Positions 49,867 to 60,268 of a stretch of DNA of 64,000 nucleotides are shown here, piece by piece; within the stretch, counting starts at the first letter, position 1; each line of letters opens with the position of its first letter. A program made the position numbers and the translations under genes. The notes below the pieces were generated by a model that saw only the letters and a program-made list of their open reading frames with translations, was not told the origin of the DNA and did no database searches. The DNA is from Bacillota bacterium (GTDB lineage: Bacteria > Bacillota > Clostridia > Peptostreptococcales > Anaerovoracaceae). Location of the stretch: contig JARBUO010000011.1 of NCBI GenBank assembly GCA_029239605.1, forward strand, positions 1,429-65,428. Direction: 5' to 3'.

Positions 49867-51507
49867 TCAGTGAAAAATGACTAAATTATCACAGCCTATT
49901 TTTGCATAAGGAAGCGAAACGCTTAATTCGTAGGTACTGCCATCTTTATTAACTTTTTTCACGGGAATAAAAATTTCATCAGAGGAGAGATTGAAACCGG
50001 TGATACTGCTGTACAATGTCTCGATTGTGGCAGGATCCTGTTCTGAAACGTCCAGTGTCTCCCTGATAGCCTGAATAATTAAAGGTTTAAAATCGAATCC
50101 TTTCCGAAAGAGATCCTTTAGTTCAAGTTCTTTCAGTGTGACAGCATCAAAACAGTAGTAATCCATCTTCTGGGAACCCCCATTGGGGACATAGAAGTTC
50201 CAGCTCCTCGTAACGTTGATATAACTCCCCTGTTGGTAACTGCCAACATAGATCTCACAGGAACCGTCTTGAATTGTTTCAGAAGAATTCTTTGTCAAGG
50301 CCTGGTAAGCACTGTCAATGAGATCCAGCTCGTCTTGTTTCATCACAAGTAGCTTCTCCAGTTTTTGTTTGATCTTTTCCGGCAGAGTACCGGAGTATCT
50401 CCAGGAACGAAATACATCGACATTTCCGGTTTTAAAGGACTCTTGGCCTGAGATTTCGTCTGTTCGTCCCTTGCCAATGAGGGATTTTATCGCAGGTACT
50501 GAGGAAGTATAGATTCCTTCCTCCTGGTTTTCGTCATAGAACCGTTTCGTAAAAGCAAACACATCCTCAAGATCACTGTAGCTGATCACCGACGTGGCAG
50601 CGGCAAATTGCGTCTCAAACGCAGGGGTATTGTAATCAAAGACAAGAATTAATCCAAAAGGATAGACTCCGAATTTCTGATCCGAATGCAGTCCCTTGAA
50701 TGCTTCCACCAGTTTCATATTGCCGCTGAACATCATTGGGTAGTAGGCCTCTGCGTCGGCACCGGATTTCGAAAGATAACCGCTCATATAATTATTGATC
50801 ATTGCGGCCGGATCTACGTTGTCACAGAACAGATCAGCCAAATTTAATTCTTCCCCGGTGGTGAGATCAAAGTTCAAAGTTTCTATTTCTGACACAGTCC
50901 GGGCAGTATCATAAAAGGACTTATCCTCCGAATCTCCATGGGCTCCCAATGGCTGCCACACTGCAGTTTTATCCAACATCACAGAAAGTATATTATTAAA
51001 ACTCCCCATGGTGCTTGTATAAATCTGTTCCGAAGCCAACTGATAGCCTTCCGGAACGTGGACTTTTATTCCTCGATAAGGCGGCAGGTCCTGCACACGA
51101 AGCTGGTCATATACAGATTTGATTCTGTCGTTTATCTTCTTTTGGATCTCTTGATCCTTCAGCCCGCTGATCTTCAGATAAACATAGACAAAGTCCTTGT
51201 CGTCCCCTTCCCTTACTTCCTTTATGTCCAATGGATTCGATGTGATATAATTAACCTTTAGTGGTGCGTAAATTTTTTGCGAAGATGCTGTCCGTTCCCA
51301 GTTCTTTTCTGGTCTTTGAACGGCAGGGGCCTCCTCCTTGACTCCGCAGCCCCAGAGCGACGCGGTCAGGCACAGACAAAGTCCAAGAAGCAGGACATAC
51401 TCTCTCAATGGAACCATCCAGCTGTGCGGTCTATTGTTCAACTTGCCAACCATCCAGCTGTACGGACTTTTTTTCGACCTTCTATTGTTACTTCCCCAAT
51501 TTGACAT
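49867..51507 (-). CDS. Hypothetical lipoprotein with two DUF3298/DUF4163 (RsiV/PdaC-like) modules; start uncertain
   Basis: Lipobox LWGC; NFDLTTGEELNLADLF and FDAVTLKELELKDLF repeats; ATG 51507 follows GGAGG. Confidence 0.6.
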   Translation of the reverse strand: MSNWGSNNRRSKKSPYSWMVGKLNNRPHSWMVPLREYVLLLGLCLCLTASLWGCGVKEEAPAVQRPEKNWERTASSQKIYAPLKVNYITSNPLDIKEVREGDDKDFVYVYLKISGLKDQEIQKKINDRIKSVYDQLRVQDLPPYRGIKVHVPEGYQLASEQIYTSTMGSFNNILSVMLDKTAVWQPLGAHGDSEDKSFYDTARTVSEIETLNFDLTTGEELNLADLFCDNVDPAAMINNYMSGYLSKSGADAEAYYPMMFSGNMKLVEAFKGLHSDQKFGVYPFGLILVFDYNTPAFETQFAAATSVISYSDLEDVFAFTKRFYDENQEEGIYTSSVPAIKSLIGKGRTDEISGQESFKTGNVDVFRSWRYSGTLPEKIKQKLEKLLVMKQDELDLIDSAYQALTKNSSETIQDGSCEIYVGSYQQGSYINVTRSWNFYVPNGGSQKMDYYCFDAVTLKELELKDLFRKGFDFKPLIIQAIRETLDVSEQDPATIETLYSSITGFNLSSDEIFIPVKKVNKDGSTYELSVSLPYAKIGCDNLVIFH

Positions 51508-52420
51508 AACCTGCCTCCTCGGCGATTCTCTGCCCATCATCGCTGAGAATCCATTTGAGCAGCCGCCTTGCACTGCTGCCTTTCGGCTCATCGCTGCGCA
51601 GAACTGCATAGTAGGCTGTGCGAATCGGATAGGTTCCGTTGCTGATGGTCGTCTTATCGGGATAGATTCCGTTCACTTCCAGAAGCTTCACCTTATCATT
51701 CTGCCACATGTCAGTCACGTAATAATAGTAAGAGTATCCGATGGCATCCTCCTCATTGGTGTAAACTGCCACCTGGTCCACGAGCATTCCCATCTCAGCC
51801 ACGACTTTTTCCATTGGCGGCTTCATGATTTTCTCACCTTTCATGACCAGTTCCAGCATCCCCGTTTGACTGCCTGAATTCTCAGGTCTCTGATAAGCAA
51901 TGATTGCTTTGCTGCTTCCGCCAACCTCACTCCAATTCGTAGTTTTCTCAGTATAGATATCCTTGATCTGCTGCACGGTAAGCCCTTTGACCGGATTATC
52001 TGCGCTTGTCAAGAACACAAAACCTTCGCTTACAACTGGAATTACCTCAAGGTCAACATTCTTCTCCCGTGCATAGGATAGTTCCTCTTTAGAAGGAGAT
52101 GTGACAAAAATGATGTCTGCATTTCCGTCAATGAGATTCACATACGCTTCATGGGTTTTATTATGTACAATATATTGCCTGGCTTCCTCAAGATCCATGC
52201 CCAGAACTGCTGCTGCAAAAAATTCTGAGAGCGGAATGGTGGCAGTTGAGCCATCCACTCTGGGATAGTGTTCGACATCCAAATGCAGACGTTCCTTTTG
52301 CAGAAATCCCAGACCTTCTTCCTGACTGCAGCCAGTCAGCACACCTGTAGCAATTGCCGTTATAAACAATATGATGGGTAGCTTTCTAAAGTTCAAACTT
52401 AGCTTCAATTTCATTTTCAA
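51488..52420 (-). CDS. PstS-like substrate-binding lipoprotein
   Basis: Lipobox LTGC; DGSTAT, YQRPENSGSQ, IGYS, GTYP motifs. Confidence 0.8.
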   Translation of the reverse strand: MKMKLKLSLNFRKLPIILFITAIATGVLTGCSQEEGLGFLQKERLHLDVEHYPRVDGSTATIPLSEFFAAAVLGMDLEEARQYIVHNKTHEAYVNLIDGNADIIFVTSPSKEELSYAREKNVDLEVIPVVSEGFVFLTSADNPVKGLTVQQIKDIYTEKTTNWSEVGGSSKAIIAYQRPENSGSQTGMLELVMKGEKIMKPPMEKVVAEMGMLVDQVAVYTNEEDAIGYSYYYYVTDMWQNDKVKLLEVNGIYPDKTTISNGTYPIRTAYYAVLRSDEPKGSSARRLLKWILSDDGQRIAEEAGYVKLGK

Positions 52421-52531
52421 TTCCCCCTTTGTTCGCTACAGGCAGTTAGCCATTCCCCATTCCCCATTCATTTTACCTGCAGTATTCTATACTTCTACAT
52501 TCTACCATTTACAGATATTTCAAGTCAAAGG

Positions 52532-52561
52532 AAAAGAAAATAAGCTCCGGAGAACCGGAGC
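52532..52561 (-). terminator. Intrinsic terminator of the MFS-DUF6506 unit
   Basis: GCTCCGG-TTCT-CCGGAGC then TTATTTTCTTTT. Confidence 0.75.
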
Positions 52562-52663
52562 CTGTGGAATTGTTGCCGATTGACTGCAGCGGATTGCTAT
52601 TGCGATACTACAGGTTGCTGCGATTGGGTGATGTCTGGTCTGCGATTACGGTGACGACTGGCC

Positions 52664-52966
52664 TTACAGCCATTTTGAATCGCCGGACTGGTTTTCATAT
52701 CCAGGGTGATTGTCAAACCGTACGACACCGACCTGAACCTTTCCCTCCACTGCTTCCGTCACTTTGGCATGACCTATCGTTCCAAAACCGCCACACAATT
52801 CAATCAGTATGACGCCCTCCTCATCAGCGAGCTTTCTTGCTTCAAGACACGCCATATCATAATTTGAAACGCCGACCATGATCATCATGCCCTGGCCGAG
52901 ATCCATTTCCATCCGTCTTGTTTCCGTGATACTGGCACTAACAAACATAAATGCTACTTTTCTCAT
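52664..52966 (-). CDS. DUF6506-like small protein
   Basis: IELCGGFG motif; start reassigned to ATG 52966. Confidence 0.65.
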   Translation of the reverse strand: MRKVAFMFVSASITETRRMEMDLGQGMMIMVGVSNYDMACLEARKLADEEGVILIELCGGFGTIGHAKVTEAVEGKVQVGVVRFDNHPGYENQSGDSKWL

Positions 52967-53034
52967 ATTGTTCCCTCTTTCTTGCTCCATCGAGCATTTT
53001 TTCAATACAACTCCGGACAAACCGTTGGCCAATT

Positions 53035-54435
53035 TTATTTATCAGTATCCACACCGGCGCTCTTTCTCTTCAAAGAAATGAAAATGCCAACGGTACAGAC
53101 ACATGTAAATACAATAAATGAAACATGCATGGTCTGAATCAGCAAATCAGGATCTGCTTCCGCCAAGGTAACATCTCCCATCTGTTTTGCAACAATAAAG
53201 GTTACCACTGCCATACTCAGACTATGACCAATTGATCTCATGGTAGCAAGGATTGAGGAGGCAACTCCATAATCCTGCTTTTCTACGCAAGCCATTACCG
53301 CATTGGTATTGGGTGATGAAAAAAAGGCAAACCCGATTCCCACCACCACCAAATTTAAGATGATCAATGGAAAGGGATAATTTTCAGAGATAAAAATAAA
53401 GGAAAATAGCCCGAGTGCACATAGTCCCATGCCAAAAGAAGCCAGCTTGAATGGAGAGATTCGGTCTGAAAGTCTCCCCGCATATGGCGACAAAATTGCC
53501 ATCATCAATGGCTGACTGATCAGAATCAGGCCTGATATCTGAGAATCAAAACCAAGTGCTACCTGAAGGTATATGGACAAAAGATATCCCAGGGCAAAGG
53601 TTGCGCCATAATTCAAAAGCGCAGCAAGGTTTGAAAAGGTGTAGCCGATATTACTGGAAAAAAGCCTCAATTCAACGATTGGGGATTTTGTCCTAAGTTC
53701 ATGCAGTATAAAGAGCAGGAATAGTACGGCTCCTGCTGCGATGAGATATTTTGCATAAAACAATGTCGAAACCGCTGACAATCCAAACATGATCAGCGTA
53801 ATCATTCCTATATAGAGAACATTTCCGAGAATGTCGAATTCCCGATCCTCGCATTGAGGCATTGCATTGGGCAGTTTTCTTGCAGCAATGATAAAAACAA
53901 CCAAGCTGACAGCAAAGGTTAGAATAAAGATGGAGCGCCATCCAAAATAGTGGTTTAGAAGACCTCCTGCGACCGGTCCGGCCGACAGCCCGATATAAGT
54001 TGACGCAATGGAGTACCCCAGCACTTTTCCTCTTTTTTCCGAAGAAAAAGCACTGATCAATACGGCAGTGTTGGTGCTGAAGATCATTGCGGCCCCAATT
54101 CCCTGAACGATACGAAGGGTTAGCAGCATATTAATTGTCTTTGCAAAAGCAGCTCCACCGGAGCAGAGCGCAAAAATTAGGATCCCTATCACGAGGATCC
54201 GCTTCCGGCCAGTCAGATCTGCCAAACGCCCAAAAGGCACTGCCAGCACTGCAGCAGCAAGAATATATCCTGTTACAATGTAGCCGATGAGAGTTGCGCT
54301 GGCGTGAAACTCGCTTCCCATGGCGGGTATGGACAAATTAAGAGCACTTCCTGTAAATGTTGTAATGAACGCTGTAATAACGACTACGAGAATCGTTGCC
54401 ATCTGAGAATTCTTTGCTGTGATTTCCTTTTTCAT
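53035..54435 (-). CDS. MFS efflux transporter (EmrB/QacA-like)
   Basis: GRLADLTGRK motif A, RIVQGIG, GPVAGG, WRSIF; start reassigned to ATG 54435. Confidence 0.9.
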   Translation of the reverse strand: MKKEITAKNSQMATILVVVITAFITTFTGSALNLSIPAMGSEFHASATLIGYIVTGYILAAAVLAVPFGRLADLTGRKRILVIGILIFALCSGGAAFAKTINMLLTLRIVQGIGAAMIFSTNTAVLISAFSSEKRGKVLGYSIASTYIGLSAGPVAGGLLNHYFGWRSIFILTFAVSLVVFIIAARKLPNAMPQCEDREFDILGNVLYIGMITLIMFGLSAVSTLFYAKYLIAAGAVLFLLFILHELRTKSPIVELRLFSSNIGYTFSNLAALLNYGATFALGYLLSIYLQVALGFDSQISGLILISQPLMMAILSPYAGRLSDRISPFKLASFGMGLCALGLFSFIFISENYPFPLIILNLVVVGIGFAFFSSPNTNAVMACVEKQDYGVASSILATMRSIGHSLSMAVVTFIVAKQMGDVTLAEADPDLLIQTMHVSFIVFTCVCTVGIFISLKRKSAGVDTDK

Positions 54436-54599
54436 ATTATCGTCCTTTATCGTGTTATGTTTCAGCGTGATGCAGCACCGATTGCGATAAGCATCATCAG
54501 CCATATTTCTTTGCTTTTATAGTATATGACCTTTTGAACGAATAAATCAAGCAAATAAAGGGCAATTTTTCGCAGGATAAATGATAATTTATAGGCATT

Positions 54600-54642
54600 A
54601 AAAAAGCTGCCGGTTTTGTTTTTTCCGGCAGCGTTCTTTTTT
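54600..54642. terminator. Intrinsic terminator
   Basis: AAAAAAGCTGCCGG...CCGGCAGC...TTTTTT. Confidence 0.7.
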
Positions 54643-54701
54643 AAACCAATCAATGCTTTTGCGGTAGTGTACCGCTGTGTCTCATAACTTTCACGCTAAT
54701 G

Positions 54702-55583
54702 TCAGCAGCCGTCAAATACACGGATTACAGCTGCTTCCGCCTGGGGCGGATAAATCATCAGCATCGGCCCGTCTTTAAAATCAACTTCTACATGGGTACC
54801 GGCTTTCAGCGAGTCGGTCTTCAGTTCCGTTTCTGTATATCCCTGATAAATCTTCGTATTTTTTCCGAGGATCACCTTTGCTTCTGCATAGGTTCCTCCG
54901 GAACCGGCTTTTCCTTTTACAAAAAAGCTGCTAAGGGCTGCCCCATCCTTACTGATCTCTTTGATTTCCCCCTTAACATCGAGATTTTCCAGCAGAGAAA
55001 CCAGCCAAACATCATCCCGCTCCTGTACGGTAACAAAAATTACCGAATCGGAAAGGCTGCCTGTGGATTCAGTCCAGGTAAACGTTACGCTGTATCGTAC
55101 CGACTGATCTGCCTCGGCTATTTTTTTCACTTTGAACTCTTTTACCCAGGGACTGGAAGTTCCAGTAGTCCAATTCATGGATGTAAAGTCCTCGAGAGAT
55201 GTTACTTTCAGCTCCGGGGTCATAACAGCATACTGCCAGGCACCGTTTCGCTGTTTCACCGCTTCCGCCCAGGAATTGACCGCTCCAAGGCTGTCTTTCG
55301 GTGCGAGGGCCCTTTCAAGCTCCGCAATCTGCCTTTCCTGGTCGTTCCCTATAATATTGATCTGATTGCTGTCCTTATCCCAGTTGACCTCTGCCCCCAT
55401 GGCTTCTGCAATCGCTCTGACAGAAGCATAAATTTTGCCGTTTATATTGACGGGAGCAGCATCACCCTTAATTTCCTGTCCATTGTAAAACAATTGAATA
55501 GCACTTCCCGCATAAGCAGCAGTTGTGACACCGATTATGATTGCCCCTGCCAGCAGCACTGTGACTAATTTCTTTCTTTTCAT
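54702..55583 (-). CDS. Secreted copper-amine-oxidase-N (stalk) domain protein with YobA/DUF3221-like C-terminus
   Basis: Signal peptide; NG.IY.SVRAIAE.MGAEV.WD; YPPQAEA..I. Confidence 0.72.
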   Translation of the reverse strand: MKRKKLVTVLLAGAIIIGVTTAAYAGSAIQLFYNGQEIKGDAAPVNINGKIYASVRAIAEAMGAEVNWDKDSNQINIIGNDQERQIAELERALAPKDSLGAVNSWAEAVKQRNGAWQYAVMTPELKVTSLEDFTSMNWTTGTSSPWVKEFKVKKIAEADQSVRYSVTFTWTESTGSLSDSVIFVTVQERDDVWLVSLLENLDVKGEIKEISKDGAALSSFFVKGKAGSGGTYAEAKVILGKNTKIYQGYTETELKTDSLKAGTHVEVDFKDGPMLMIYPPQAEAAVIRVFDGC

Positions 55584-55617
55584 AAAATCCCCCTTTATAT
55601 GATTTGGTTATATCCCT

Positions 55618-55646
55618 TTAGACGCAATATCTCCTGCCAGGTTCCC
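55618..55646 (-). promoter_or_regulatory. ECF sigma-factor promoter
   Basis: GGAAC-N16-CGTCTAA on the minus strand, about 35 nt before the ATG. Confidence 0.65.
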
Positions 55647-55780
55647 ATAAAGAAGGAAAAAAAGAAAAACAGCCTGCCCCTTAATGGTAGCAAGCTGTAT
55701 TTCCCTATGATTCTTATGATTCGATATGTTTTATTTTCTATGATCTGAAACGGTTATGCGCGTATCCATTGGTATCTTTT

Positions 55781-57508
55781 TTATTTATGATAATGGACAT
55801 GCAGCAGATCATGGGTTCTGTCTTTCAGGATCGTGTTGTAAAGATCCGGAATCACTGGATTTTCATCGGCATGACGGAACTGGGTCTGCTTATCGGATGC
55901 ATAGATGGATTCCGCTCTGAGCCTCTTGGTATTTCGTAGTCCGAAGGGCTGACCGGCACCGCCGACACACCCTCCGGGGCAAGCCATAACTTCGATGAAG
56001 TGATAGAAAGCTTCTCCGGCTTCCATCTTTCGAATCAGCTGTTCCGCATTGCCCAGCCCGCTGACCACCGCGATCTTTAAGACGGTTTCTCCGTCCTCGA
56101 GCGGAAGATCAAATTCCTTGATTCCTTCCATGCCTCTGGCGCCACAGAACTTGACATTGTTGATGCTGGCATGGCTCTTATCTTTCATAACCTTTCTGAT
56201 TACAGCTTCTGTTACTCCGCCGGTAACGCCGAAGATCAAGCCTGCTCCGCTGTACATTCCGAAGGGCATATCAAGGGCTTCCGGCTCCAGCTCTTTAAAC
56301 ACAATTCCGGATTCGTAAATCATATCTGCAAGACCTTTTGTCGTCAGTACGATGTCAACATCCTTGCTTCCGTCTGTAACGAATTCAGCACGCCCTGCTT
56401 CCGCTTTCTTTGCGGTACAGGGCATAACGGATACTACGATGGTTTCTCTTCCGTCATCCTGATGCTTCTCTTTGGCATACGCTTTGATGACAGAACCAAA
56501 CATCTGCTGCGGAGATTTGCAGGTAGAAACCTGTGGCATCAGTTCAGGGTGCTTTTCCTCAACATAACTGACCCATGCCGGACAGCAGGAAGTAAACAGC
56601 GGAAGTTTTGCGCCGCTTTCCAGTTTTCCTAAAAATTCATTGGTTTCCTCAATAACAGTGAGATCGGCAGTAAAGGACGTATCATAGATCTCGTCAAAGC
56701 CTATTTTTCTCATGGCAGAAACAATCAGCGGCATGACGTTTTCGCCCTTGCTGATGCCGAATTCCTCTCCCAGGGCTACCCGGACTGCCGGTGCGATCTG
56801 CGCGACCACACGTTTCTTATCGTCATAAATGGCCTTCCATACAGAAGGTACGTCATTTTTAATGGTAACTGCTCCGGTGGGGCAAACTGCAGCACACTGA
56901 CCGCAATTGACACATTCCGTTTCTGCCAAAGGCATATCAAAGGCAGGACAAACCTTCAACTCATACCCTCGAAGTGCGAAATCAATTGCACCAACATTTT
57001 GCGTTTCATTGCACATACGGACACAGTCTCCGCACTGAATGCACTTATTGGGATCTCTCGTAATGGCTGGGCTGGAATTGTCAATCTTATACTCGTCTTT
57101 CCACGCCTTATCGGTCTTATCGAATTTTATTTCTTCAATACCAAACCGTATTGCAAGATCCTGAAGCTTACAGGTAGTATTTCTGGGACATGTGGTGCAT
57201 TCTCTGTTGTGGGATGCAAGATACAGCCTTAAAATGTTCTTTCTGTATTTTTTCAGTCTGGGGGTATTGGTTTTGATCTCCATACCGTTTTTTGGCGGCG
57301 TGGAACAGGCGGTTATGATATTTCCGCGCTGGTCTTCAACCATACACATTCTGCAGGAGCCGTAGACGGACAGTTCGGAATAGTAGCACAGCGTCGGCAA
57401 ATCGATTCCCGCTTTTCGAACCACACTGAGAATATTCTTTTCACCGGAAAAGGGAACCCGTTCGCCGTTAATCACCATAAATTTATTTGCAGTAGTCACT
57501 TTGTTCAC
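55781..57508 (-). CDS. hydA: [FeFe]-hydrogenase catalytic subunit (group A)
   Basis: H-cluster motifs TSCCPAW, MPCTAKKAE, EVMACPGGCVGGAGQP; N-terminal 2Fe-2S, His-ligated and two 4Fe-4S motifs. Confidence 0.96.
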   Translation of the reverse strand: MNKVTTANKFMVINGERVPFSGEKNILSVVRKAGIDLPTLCYYSELSVYGSCRMCMVEDQRGNIITACSTPPKNGMEIKTNTPRLKKYRKNILRLYLASHNRECTTCPRNTTCKLQDLAIRFGIEEIKFDKTDKAWKDEYKIDNSSPAITRDPNKCIQCGDCVRMCNETQNVGAIDFALRGYELKVCPAFDMPLAETECVNCGQCAAVCPTGAVTIKNDVPSVWKAIYDDKKRVVAQIAPAVRVALGEEFGISKGENVMPLIVSAMRKIGFDEIYDTSFTADLTVIEETNEFLGKLESGAKLPLFTSCCPAWVSYVEEKHPELMPQVSTCKSPQQMFGSVIKAYAKEKHQDDGRETIVVSVMPCTAKKAEAGRAEFVTDGSKDVDIVLTTKGLADMIYESGIVFKELEPEALDMPFGMYSGAGLIFGVTGGVTEAVIRKVMKDKSHASINNVKFCGARGMEGIKEFDLPLEDGETVLKIAVVSGLGNAEQLIRKMEAGEAFYHFIEVMACPGGCVGGAGQPFGLRNTKRLRAESIYASDKQTQFRHADENPVIPDLYNTILKDRTHDLLHVHYHK

Positions 57509-57517
57509 CTTCCTCTC

Positions 57518-59269
57518 TTAATTCTCAACGATTGCCTTAAATGGGCAGGAATCAATACATCTTTTACACTTAATACAAGTTGCCAAATTTATTAGATACG
57601 GTTTTTTACGTTCACCGCTTATGGCGTTTACAGGACAGACGGTCTGACATTTTGAGCATCCCTTGCACTGGGCCGCGTCAATAACAATCCGTTTCAAACC
57701 CTGACAGCTGCCTGTGGGACAATATTTATCAATGACGTGGGCTTCGTATTCGCTCTTGAATTCTCTGATGGTGCTGACGACAGGCGATGCTGCTGTTTTC
57801 CCCAGTCCGCAAAGCGCGGTATTGGTAATGGTATCTGCAAGGTCAAGGAGCATATCGATCTGATCAATACTTCCCCTGCCGTTTACGATATCATCCAGAA
57901 TTTCGTTCATCACGTGTGTTCCTTCTCTGCAGGGAACACATTTTCCGCAGGATTCATGCTCTGTAAAATTCATAAAGAATTTTGCGATTCCAACCATACA
58001 GGTATCTTCATCCATGACCACAAGTCCACCGGAACCGATCATTGCGCCAGCTTTGGTCAGTGAGTCAAAATCAAGACTCATATCCAGATGCTTCTCAGTG
58101 AGACACCCACCAGAAGGACCGCCGATTTGAACTGCTTTGAAGGACTTTCCGTTTCTCACGCCGCCGCCGATTTCAAAGATCACGGTCCTGAGTGTTGTTC
58201 CCATAGGAACTTCGATTAAGCCTGTATTGTTTACATTTCCAGTCAGTGCAAATGCCTTCGTTCCAGGGCTCTTTTCGATGCCGATCTTTCGATAGCCCTC
58301 TGCTCCATTCAGAATGATATAGGATACGTGCGCAAAGGTTTCTACATTGTTTAATACAGTAGGTTTTCCAAAGAGTCCCTGCTCAACGGTACGGGGCGGT
58401 TTGACACGAGGCATACCTCTGTTTCCTTCAATGGATGCAGTAAGCGCACTTCCTTCTCCGCAGACAAATGCTCCCGCTCCCAGATTGATTCTGATGGAGA
58501 AGTTAAAACTGCTGCCAAGAATGTTTTCACCAAGATACCCCGCTTCTTCCGCCTGAGCTATTGCCACCTGAAGTCTGTGCACTGCAAGAGGATATTCAGC
58601 TCGGACGTAAATATACCCAGTCTGTGCACCAGTGGCGATACCGGCAATAATCATGCCTTCCAGCATCTTATGCGGGTCGCCTTCCATGACGCTTCTGTCC
58701 ATGAATGCACCCGGATCACCTTCATCACCGTTACAGACAATATATTTTACAGGTTCCTTCTGACTCTTTACCTGAACCCACTTTTTCCCAGTGGGGAAAC
58801 CGCCGCCGCCTCTGCCTCTCAGACCTGATTTTTCAATTTCACGGCAAATCTGATCTCCGTCCATTTCAAACAGGGCTTTTTTGAGAGCCTGATATCCGCC
58901 TGCCGCTATGTAATCGTTGATGTTTTCCGGATTGATTGCTCCGCAATTCTTCAGTGCTATTCTCGTTTGTTTTTCCAGGAACAAGCGCCCTGATTCAGGA
59001 ATGAGATACTCTTCTACCGGTTTTCCACCAAGAAGATGCTCCCGAACAACCCGTTCCACTTTATCAGAAGTCAGGTGCACATATCTGGTATGCACTCCGT
59101 TATCGTCGATAACATCGGCAATGGGTTCTAAGTAGCAGCTTCCGATACAACCGGCGATGGTTACATCCGCATTAAGATGATTTCCTTCAATATGCTGTTT
59201 GAATTTTGACTCCGTCTTTTTCGCGCCGGAGGCGATTCCGCAGCTTCCCTGCCCTACGATTATTTTCAT
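57518..59269 (-). CDS. hydB: NuoF-like diaphorase subunit of the trimeric hydrogenase
   Basis: GLRGRGGGGFP, DEGDPGAFMDR, GAFVCGE, GGPSGG, CGKCVPCREG, C-terminal 2[4Fe-4S]. Confidence 0.94.
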   Translation of the reverse strand: MKIIVGQGSCGIASGAKKTESKFKQHIEGNHLNADVTIAGCIGSCYLEPIADVIDDNGVHTRYVHLTSDKVERVVREHLLGGKPVEEYLIPESGRLFLEKQTRIALKNCGAINPENINDYIAAGGYQALKKALFEMDGDQICREIEKSGLRGRGGGGFPTGKKWVQVKSQKEPVKYIVCNGDEGDPGAFMDRSVMEGDPHKMLEGMIIAGIATGAQTGYIYVRAEYPLAVHRLQVAIAQAEEAGYLGENILGSSFNFSIRINLGAGAFVCGEGSALTASIEGNRGMPRVKPPRTVEQGLFGKPTVLNNVETFAHVSYIILNGAEGYRKIGIEKSPGTKAFALTGNVNNTGLIEVPMGTTLRTVIFEIGGGVRNGKSFKAVQIGGPSGGCLTEKHLDMSLDFDSLTKAGAMIGSGGLVVMDEDTCMVGIAKFFMNFTEHESCGKCVPCREGTHVMNEILDDIVNGRGSIDQIDMLLDLADTITNTALCGLGKTAASPVVSTIREFKSEYEAHVIDKYCPTGSCQGLKRIVIDAAQCKGCSKCQTVCPVNAISGERKKPYLINLATCIKCKRCIDSCPFKAIVEN

Positions 59270-59270
59270 A

Positions 59271-59807
59271 TTACGCCTCCTTCGCTTCTTTCTCTCTGAT
59301 CTGATTCAGGATATCCAGAACTTTCTCTTTCGTAAGGTTTCCGTAGGTCTCCTCTCCGGAGGCGTTCTGGATCATCATTACCGGAGCAAGGCTGCAACAG
59401 CCAAGACATGCCACATTGTTTAAAGTAAAAAGTCCGTCCTCTGTGGTATCTCCGTCCGCAATATGCAATTCATTGCAAATCACGGACTCTATTTCCTGTG
59501 AACCGCTGACGTGGCACGCTGTACCCTGACACAGCATGATGAGGTTTTTACCGATAGGCTGTAGTCTGAATTGGGTATAGAATGTTGCTACCCCATATAT
59601 CTTAGCCTGCGTATTGCCTGTTTTTTTAGATATGTAAGCGATGACTTCCCTGGGCAGATAGCCAAAGATGTTTTGTGCCTGCTGCAGAATCACAATCAGG
59701 TTTCCCGGCATATCTTTGACCTTTTCGATAAACAAATCCAGCTCAGTAAAGTCGAACCCGCTTTGACATCCGCAAGCACATTGGCTTCCAGTATCTTGTA
59801 AATTCAT
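59271..59807 (-). CDS. hydC: NuoE-like 2Fe-2S subunit of the trimeric hydrogenase
   Basis: GVATFY, CQGTAC, CLGCC; start reassigned to ATG 59807 after AAGGAGG. Confidence 0.93.
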   Translation of the reverse strand: MNLQDTGSQCACGCQSGFDFTELDLFIEKVKDMPGNLIVILQQAQNIFGYLPREVIAYISKKTGNTQAKIYGVATFYTQFRLQPIGKNLIMLCQGTACHVSGSQEIESVICNELHIADGDTTEDGLFTLNNVACLGCCSLAPVMMIQNASGEETYGNLTKEKVLDILNQIREKEAKEA

Positions 59808-60136
59808 AGTATTCCTCCTTATTGTTTTCGAGTTCACAGAACAATAACCGTTAATTATTTGACGAATAAATTATATCTGGTGAGAGCAAAATTGTAAATA
59901 AGAAAATAATCACAAAACGTTTAAGTTTGAATATTTTTTTATAATACCGGTTACATGGACAGCAAACAAATACTTTTTCGAATAAGAGTAGTCTAACTCG
60001 ATAATGCCTCAATTGTGAATATAATGTCAAATTGACAAATTAATATGAGAATTCAGACTAATTTGCCCACTTCCATTTTTTTACACGTGCTCCCAATCCA
60101 TTCGACAAGCACCCTTTAACTCACTGAATTCAAGGC

Positions 60137-60179
60137 AAAAGAAAATACCGGCATAAGAGCCGCTGCTCCCATGCCGGTA
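60137..60179 (-). terminator. Terminator of satP
   Basis: TACCGGCAT...ATGCCGGTA then TTTTCTTTT on the minus strand. Confidence 0.7.
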
Positions 60180-60268
60180 ACCTGTCTTCTGGTTTTATTG
60201 ATTAACTTTATTTTTGTCCTGATCAGACAAATCAGATTGCCACCGCAAAATAGTTGTCAAATTCTTTT

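Noticed and set aside
52570-52660. Recurrent TGCGATT-like words downstream of the DUF6506 gene
   Set aside because: Short, degenerate and irregularly spaced
54699-55568. 289-aa ORF antisense to the stalk-domain gene
   Set aside because: The minus-strand gene has an RBS, signal peptide and promoter; this one has no domain signature
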